Positions 59,065 to 64,000 of a DNA stretch of 64,000 nt are shown one piece after another (the stretch's first letter is position 1; each line of letters opens with the position of its first letter). The notes below the pieces were generated by a model, which made no database searches, was not told where the DNA came from, and saw only the letters and a list, made by a program, of their open reading frames with translations. The translations under genes were made by a program, and so were the position numbers. Source of the stretch: Roseibacillus sp. (GTDB lineage: Bacteria; Verrucomicrobiota; Verrucomicrobiia; Verrucomicrobiales; Akkermansiaceae); assembly GCA_051251855.1 (NCBI GenBank), contig JBPOGI010000001.1:32001-96000 (forward strand), written 5' to 3'.

Positions 59065-59586
59065 ATGACCGACACAGCTACTCAGTTTGAACAAACACGC
59101 GATGACTTCATTGCGCAATGGGGCGTGATGGGGACGCAGTGGGGGATTAATCGCACGATGGCGCAGATTCATGCCTTGTTGATGACGGCGGTGGAACCGC
59201 TGAGTACGGATGAGGTGATGGCGGCATTAGACATTAGCCGCGGTAACGCTCACACGAATTTGAAGGAGTTGGTGAACTGGGGTTTGTTACGCATTGTTAC
59301 GAAAAAGGGAGAGAGGAGAGAATTCTTCGAGGCTGAGAAGGATGTCTGGGAGATGTTTCGTCGCATTATGCGCGAGAGAAAGCGACGTGAGTTGGATCCT
59401 GCCTTGGCGGTTTTGACACGTTGTAAGGAGGAGACCTCGGGATTGAAGAGTGCGGAAGCGAAGGCCTTTCACGCACAAATGAGCGAGCTGGAGGAGTTTG
59501 TCTCTTTTGCTTCCAAAATGAGCGACCGTGCTTCGTCGATGCCGCAAAATAAGGCGATGCAGGTGGCGATGAAAATCTTGGGCTAG
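59065..59586 (+). CDS. GbsR/MarR-family transcriptional regulator
   Basis: FIAQWGVMGTQWGINRTMAQIHALL, ISRGNA...LKEL..WGL, GERREFFEAEKDVW, ERKRRE. Confidence 0.9.
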   Translation: MTDTATQFEQTRDDFIAQWGVMGTQWGINRTMAQIHALLMTAVEPLSTDEVMAALDISRGNAHTNLKELVNWGLLRIVTKKGERREFFEAEKDVWEMFRRIMRERKRRELDPALAVLTRCKEETSGLKSAEAKAFHAQMSELEEFVSFASKMSDRASSMPQNKAMQVAMKILG

Positions 59587-59606
59587 GCCTGAGGAAAAAG
59601 GGTAAG

Positions 59607-60941
59607 ATGTCCGATTTTTCTCCCTACGAATGCCCCGTGGGGACAACGGTATTGGGTGAATACCAACGTCAGGCTCGCAAGCGACCTCTCTGGTGGCTTT
59701 TGCCGCTAGCTGTCGCGGTTTTTACGGTCTTTTTGGTAAGAGATTATTTGGAAGCTCCCGATGAGGAGGATTTAACGTGGTCGGTGATGAGGACTGCCGA
59801 CATTGAACTTTCGGTTGCGCAAGGAGCAAAGGGATGGCCGAATTGGGTCAATTGGATGGTTGGATTGGAGTCTGAGGAGGAGGCGCTGAAGTGGATGGCC
59901 CAAGAGGTTTCTCTGATGAGGGCGAAGGGGAGCTTAACCTTGGAGGGGGAGAAGGCTGCGCAATGGATTATTGGTTTGGCTGAAGGAAGGGTGGAAGAGC
60001 TTTCGGAGCAGGAGTGGCGGCAAAAATTTAGCGAAGGGCTTTATTCGTGGGAGCGCATTGCGGCGCGCGATCGGTTTGAAAGCTCTGCCCCTGAGTGGTG
60101 GCGAGAGGAGATGATTTATTATGAAGCTTTCGATAGAAGGCGGGCGTTGGTGGCGGCTGTGGGAGGAGGGATTTGGTGGGCTGTCTTTTTGGTAGGATTA
60201 CCGTTCTTGCCAGCGGCTTTGAGGTGTTTTCTGCCTCGTCATCATCAGCCCCTTCCTCCGGCGACGAGGGCTTGGCTACCGAGCCGAGTGACGGTGCTTT
60301 TCTTGATAGTGGATGTGCTGGTGGGATGGTTGCTGGCTGGGGTCTATTTTTTGATTCCAGCCGCAGCGTGGGATTTTGCATACATGCCAACCATCATTTT
60401 CACTGATACTCTCTGGCGAGTGGGTGGGCCTTTGATGTTAGCGGCGATGCTTTTGATTCGTTGGCGACATGCTCCTCGGTTGTTGGGGTTGATAAAAAAG
60501 CCGGAGATGGGAGTGGTGATGGGAATGTTATCGCTGGGTTTTTTGTATGATTTGGGTGTCTATGAGTTGGTAAGCGAGTTCACGCGACGGGAGGATTTGG
60601 AGGGGCTCTCTTACTTGGAAGAAGGAGGCTGGGGACTCGCCTTTGGCGTTCTTTCGGCAGTGATTCTTGCTCCGGTGGTAGAGGAAATCGTTTTTCGAGG
60701 GTTTCTCTTTCAGTCTTACCTCAGGCGCTTTGGATTCCTGCTAGCGATGGTATTATCAACGGTCTTGTTCGTGGTGATTCACTATTATGGTGTCTATGGG
60801 AGCCTTTCGGTGGCCTTCTTTGGGCTAGGGGCTTGTGCGCTCTATCGGGCGACGGGATCGCTGTGGACGGCAATCATTTTTCATGCTGTGACGAACGGGC
60901 TCATCACGCTTTCGATGTGGCCGCTCTACTATGGTTTTTGA
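59607..60941 (+). CDS. CPBP (CAAX/Abi) intramembrane glutamic endopeptidase with N-terminal extension
   Basis: APVVEEIVFRG, FVVIH, GSLW..IIFHAVTN. Confidence 0.88.
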   Translation: MSDFSPYECPVGTTVLGEYQRQARKRPLWWLLPLAVAVFTVFLVRDYLEAPDEEDLTWSVMRTADIELSVAQGAKGWPNWVNWMVGLESEEEALKWMAQEVSLMRAKGSLTLEGEKAAQWIIGLAEGRVEELSEQEWRQKFSEGLYSWERIAARDRFESSAPEWWREEMIYYEAFDRRRALVAAVGGGIWWAVFLVGLPFLPAALRCFLPRHHQPLPPATRAWLPSRVTVLFLIVDVLVGWLLAGVYFLIPAAAWDFAYMPTIIFTDTLWRVGGPLMLAAMLLIRWRHAPRLLGLIKKPEMGVVMGMLSLGFLYDLGVYELVSEFTRREDLEGLSYLEEGGWGLAFGVLSAVILAPVVEEIVFRGFLFQSYLRRFGFLLAMVLSTVLFVVIHYYGVYGSLSVAFFGLGACALYRATGSLWTAIIFHAVTNGLITLSMWPLYYGF

Positions 60942-61002
60942 GAGTGGTTCGAACACTTGATGAGTTCTCGCAAAGGATGGCGGCTCGCTCTTTACTTTCG
61001 AA

Positions 61003-61677
61003 GTGAGCACTAAGGAAATTCTGAGTGATGGGTTAGCTTACCCTTTTCGTGAAAATGGGCGCATGATTCTGATTTGGGGAGCTATTCTCGGGGTTGGATC
61101 AGACCTGGCTTCTCTCTTGCCGGTTATTGGGCTGATTGCGGGGCTGATTTTGGCAGCCTATTTTTGCGCGATCTTTTTCGAAATCATGATCACCAGTGCC
61201 AGTGGGTCGAACGATTGTATTGGCTTTCCCAATTTGACGGATCTCCTTGATGATTTGATTATGCCCTTCTTCAAGGTTGTGGCCGTGGGCTTGTTCAGTT
61301 TTTCCCCAGTGATTCTCTTTGCGTTCACAATGCCAGCGGAAACAGGATTTGGGGTGGTCGGCTTCTTGCTGCTTGTCGCTGGCATGATTTATTTTCCAAT
61401 GGCGATTTTAGCAGTCGGTATTCTGGGGACTTTTCGAGGAATGTTACCTCACATTGTGTTCCCTTCGATTCTCAAGGCAGGAGGGCTCTATTGGGCCATT
61501 GTGGGAATTCTGTTTGTTGTTTACCTCGTCGAAAATTACCTGCTCGGTTTCCTCAGTGAGATTTTTATCGTAGGAGCCTTGGTTTCGGCCTTCGTGAGTA
61601 TGTTGACGTTGATGATTAACGGCAGGCTTCTCGGATTGCTCTATCGCAACAAAGAGGAAGAGTTGGAGTGGATTTAG
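61003..61677 (+). CDS. membrane protein, DUF4013-like
   Basis: Hydrophobic 224-aa ORF, LAYPF...RLLGLLY...LEW; GTG start. Confidence 0.6.
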   Translation: MSTKEILSDGLAYPFRENGRMILIWGAILGVGSDLASLLPVIGLIAGLILAAYFCAIFFEIMITSASGSNDCIGFPNLTDLLDDLIMPFFKVVAVGLFSFSPVILFAFTMPAETGFGVVGFLLLVAGMIYFPMAILAVGILGTFRGMLPHIVFPSILKAGGLYWAIVGILFVVYLVENYLLGFLSEIFIVGALVSAFVSMLTLMINGRLLGLLYRNKEEELEWI

Positions 61678-61709
61678 GCTGGTCTTGCAGATTCTCAATA
61701 ATCTCACTG

Positions 61710-62072
61710 TTACTCCCTTGCTAAGAGGACTTGGTCTACCTTGTGGCCAAATCCAACCCGAAGGTCTCGCATTAGGAATGGCCTCGTGGAGCCCACTATC
61801 GATCCGTTGTTCACATCAGGATTTTTCTTTAGCCGATCTATCTCTGACTTAACTCCCGCGCTCCTATTTTTCCTTCTAAGATAGACGTGATTTGCGTCTA
61901 TCCCCACGGCAGCCCCTGCTTTGATAGAGAAATTTCCAACCCAAATTCCTGCGGGTTGATCTTCTAAATCGAGTTGGTCGGGAAACCTTTCTATTCTGAT
62001 ACCTCCTCGATCGACTAACTCGTCGAAAGCTGAATACTTGATAGCCTTCAGGAGAATATCAAAAACGCGCAT
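61710..62072 (-). CDS. hypothetical protein
   Basis: 120-aa ATG ORF filling the gap downstream of sufT; no recognisable motif. Confidence 0.4.
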   Translation of the reverse strand: MRVFDILLKAIKYSAFDELVDRGGIRIERFPDQLDLEDQPAGIWVGNFSIKAGAAVGIDANHVYLRRKNRSAGVKSEIDRLKKNPDVNNGSIVGSTRPFLMRDLRVGFGHKVDQVLLARE

Positions 62073-62115
62073 TCTTACCGCCTAGGGATTTTCAGTGATA
62101 GGACGGAATCCTGCG

Positions 62116-62664
62116 CTACATCATACCGAGCTTCATTTTGCCTTCTTCGGAAATCATGTCTTGGTTCCAAGCGGGTTCCCAGACGACTTCGACTTCGGCT
62201 TCGCCGATATTGTCGAGGGTCATGATGCGTGCTTGAGCATCGGCAGCGATCACGGGGCCCATCCCACAGCCAGGGGCAGTGAGGGTCATCTTGACGTGGA
62301 CTTTGACTTCCTCGGGATCTGCTTCGTCGATGGCGCAATCGTAGACAAGACCGAGGTTGACGATGTCGACTGGGATTTCAGGGTCGTAGACTTGCTTCAT
62401 CTGATGCCAGATTTGTTCTTCGAGGGAGGCGTTGGCCATCGCCTCGTCGATGACGGCTTTTTCCTTTTTGGCTTCGAGGTCGACACCAAGAGCGTCGGTG
62501 TCCTCGCTTGAAATTCGGGCGAGCCCTGAAGAAGTGGCCACCGTATAGGTGCCTCCAAGAGTTTGGGTCACGACAACGGGGGTTCCCGCGGGGAGAGTGA
62601 TGGAGTCTCCAGAGGGAATTTGGACGGCGGTGACTTCGCGGGAAAGAGCAATTTCTTCGTTCAT
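62116..62664 (-). CDS. sufT: putative Fe-S cluster assembly protein SufT (DUF59)
   Basis: IPSG, TQTLGGTYT, VYDPEIPVDIVNLGLVY, MTLTAPGCGMG, VWEPAW. Confidence 0.92.
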   Translation of the reverse strand: MNEEIALSREVTAVQIPSGDSITLPAGTPVVVTQTLGGTYTVATSSGLARISSEDTDALGVDLEAKKEKAVIDEAMANASLEEQIWHQMKQVYDPEIPVDIVNLGLVYDCAIDEADPEEVKVHVKMTLTAPGCGMGPVIAADAQARIMTLDNIGEAEVEVVWEPAWNQDMISEEGKMKLGMM

Positions 62665-62745
62665 GGGAAGAGGTTGGAACGGGTTGGGGTTGAGGGCAAC
62701 TTTTTAGGCAAGCGATTTGATGGATTGTGTCTGGAAGGAAAAAGC

Positions 62746-62771
62746 AAAAACCCCACCGCGAAGGTGGGGTT
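62746..62771 (-). terminator. Rho-independent terminator after the ClpP-like gene
   Basis: Minus strand AACCCCACC-TTCGC-GGTGGGGTTTTT. Confidence 0.8.
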
Positions 62772-62807
62772 GGAGGCAAGGTTGCTGATTGTGAGGCATG
62801 AAGGGAA

Positions 62808-64000
62808 TTACTTCACTGGCTGATAGTAGTCGTCAGGATTGTAGAGATAGAGAACGTCCTTGGGGTTCAGGCGAGGGATGACGTTGGCAGTAGTGGCCGA
62901 TGGGGCGCCTGCTACTGCTTGAGCGCTAGGACTGGTGGAGGGGCGGCTGGCATCGGGGTTTTTCAGGAGGGAGGTCTCTCTGATGTTTGAGACGACGTGG
63001 TCGACCCACTTGAGCTTTTTGGCTTGGTCTGCAAATTCGGTCCAATCGCCGGAGACGGTGTTCTCATACATGAGGTCGATGAACTCTTCGCGCGAGATGC
63101 CCATCTTTTTGGCAATGGGGTTGGCGAGACGACGCCACCACTCCTCGAGCTGGCGGGTGTGCTCGCGAGTCTCGGTGAGGTTTCCAAAGCTGAAGGAGAG
63201 GACCTGGTGGTGAAGGATGACCGCATTAGGGAAGGCAAAGGACCGCTCGGCGAGGGTGGTGAGCGAGGCAGCCATGGAGGCGGCGAAGCCTTTAACCACG
63301 ACGTAGACGGGAGCTTCGGAGCCGTGCATCGCCTTCATGATTTGCATCCCTGACATCACGGACCCACCAGGGGAGTCGTTGATGACGATGAAAATGGGGA
63401 ATTCGTCGTTCTTATTGTTGTAGTAATTGATGCGCTCGGTGACGTGCTCGGCGAGCTCTGAGAAGATGGGGCCGTTGAGGTCGATACGGCGGTCGGAGAT
63501 GACAAGGGTTCCGTTTTTGAGGAGGGGGTCGGTGAGGTAGACGGGCTCGTTGTCGGCATAGTCTTCACGCTTCTTGTTGGCTTCGAAGCTTTTGACTTCG
63601 TTCTCAAGCTCGGCGAGTTCGATTCCGAATTCAGCTTGCTTGGCTTTGAAGGTGGCACCGAGGGTTTCGGCTTCCATTTTAGCGAGGCTGGCTTCGCGAG
63701 CAAGTTGGGCTGTTTCTTTGCGGAAGCGCGCTTCTTCTTTGGCGAGTTCCTGTTTTTGCTTCAACTCAGCGATGGCGAGGGTCTCGGTAAGGAGTTCTTT
63801 TTCCAGCTTAAGACGGGCGACTTGCGCTTGGAGTTCCGCGTGTTCCTTTTTGACTTCTTCCGCAGCGAGAGCGTTCTCTAAGGCGAGACGTGATTGGGTC
63901 GCAGCTATTTTTGCTTTGGCGGATTCTTCTTTGGAGGGCTTCTTTTTGTCAGCTTTGGTTTCTGGCTTTGATTTGGCAACCACTGCTACTCGAGCGGGTG
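62808..64000 (-). CDS. ClpP-like (S14) peptidase with long N-terminal coiled coil; 5' end beyond the window
   Basis: RIDLNGPI, INDSPGGSV, GFAASMAA (Ser), ILHHQ (His); the frame stays open to 64000. Confidence 0.82.
   Translation of the reverse strand, partial: PARVAVVAKSKPETKADKKKPSKEESAKAKIAATQSRLALENALAAEEVKKEHAELQAQVARLKLEKELLTETLAIAELKQKQELAKEEARFRKETAQLAREASLAKMEAETLGATFKAKQAEFGIELAELENEVKSFEANKKREDYADNEPVYLTDPLLKNGTLVISDRRIDLNGPIFSELAEHVTERINYYNNKNDEFPIFIVINDSPGGSVMSGMQIMKAMHGSEAPVYVVVKGFAASMAASLTTLAERSFAFPNAVILHHQVLSFSFGNLTETREHTRQLEEWWRRLANPIAKKMGISREEFIDLMYENTVSGDWTEFADQAKKLKWVDHVVSNIRETSLLKNPDASRPSTSPSAQAVAGAPSATTANVIPRLNPKDVLYLYNPDDYYQPVK

Noticed and set aside
59607..60941. CPBP/Abi protein as an abortive infection or bacteriocin immunity gene
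   Set aside because: The Abi label for this family does not imply phage defence, and no bacteriocin genes are nearby.
1..64000. tRNA, rRNA, integrase or transposase genes
   Set aside because: None recognised by eye; intergenic gaps are short and mostly explained by terminators or repeats. A covariance-model scan would be needed to exclude small ncRNAs.

Overview
A 64-kb, gene-dense bacterial chromosome segment, inferred from gene content and style to be Verrucomicrobiota (probably aquatic). I support about 55 CDSs; no rRNA, tRNA, CRISPR array or transposase is visible. Housekeeping genes (lpxI, ilvD, metY, rho, uxaC, rapA, recQ, purH, purD, pgsA, ppk2, sufT) are interleaved with accessory loci. 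(1) A tightly coupled 9-gene fatty-acid modification operon (NTF2 lipoprotein, acyl-CoA desaturase, FAD oxidoreductase, DUF1365, Cfa-family methyltransferase, DUF2062, DUF1295, second methyltransferase, exported RMDN/PTPIP51-like TPR protein) resembling an extended furan-fatty-acid pathway. (2) A cyanate ABC transporter-cyanase operon headed by a signal-less NasS-like protein, with a divergent LysR. (3) A Tat-exported cupin carrying plant cysteine oxidase/ADO motifs. (4) A GbsR/MarR regulator whose TTTCAG-N6-CTGAAA palindrome recurs 12.5 kb away before an uncharacterised membrane operon. (5) An sbtAB bicarbonate uptake pair, a dynamin-like GTPase and a coiled-coil ClpP-like protease. Intergenic DNA holds two REP-like families, a MITE-like inverted repeat and several perfect palindromes. 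All calls come from motif recognition by eye; no database searches were run.
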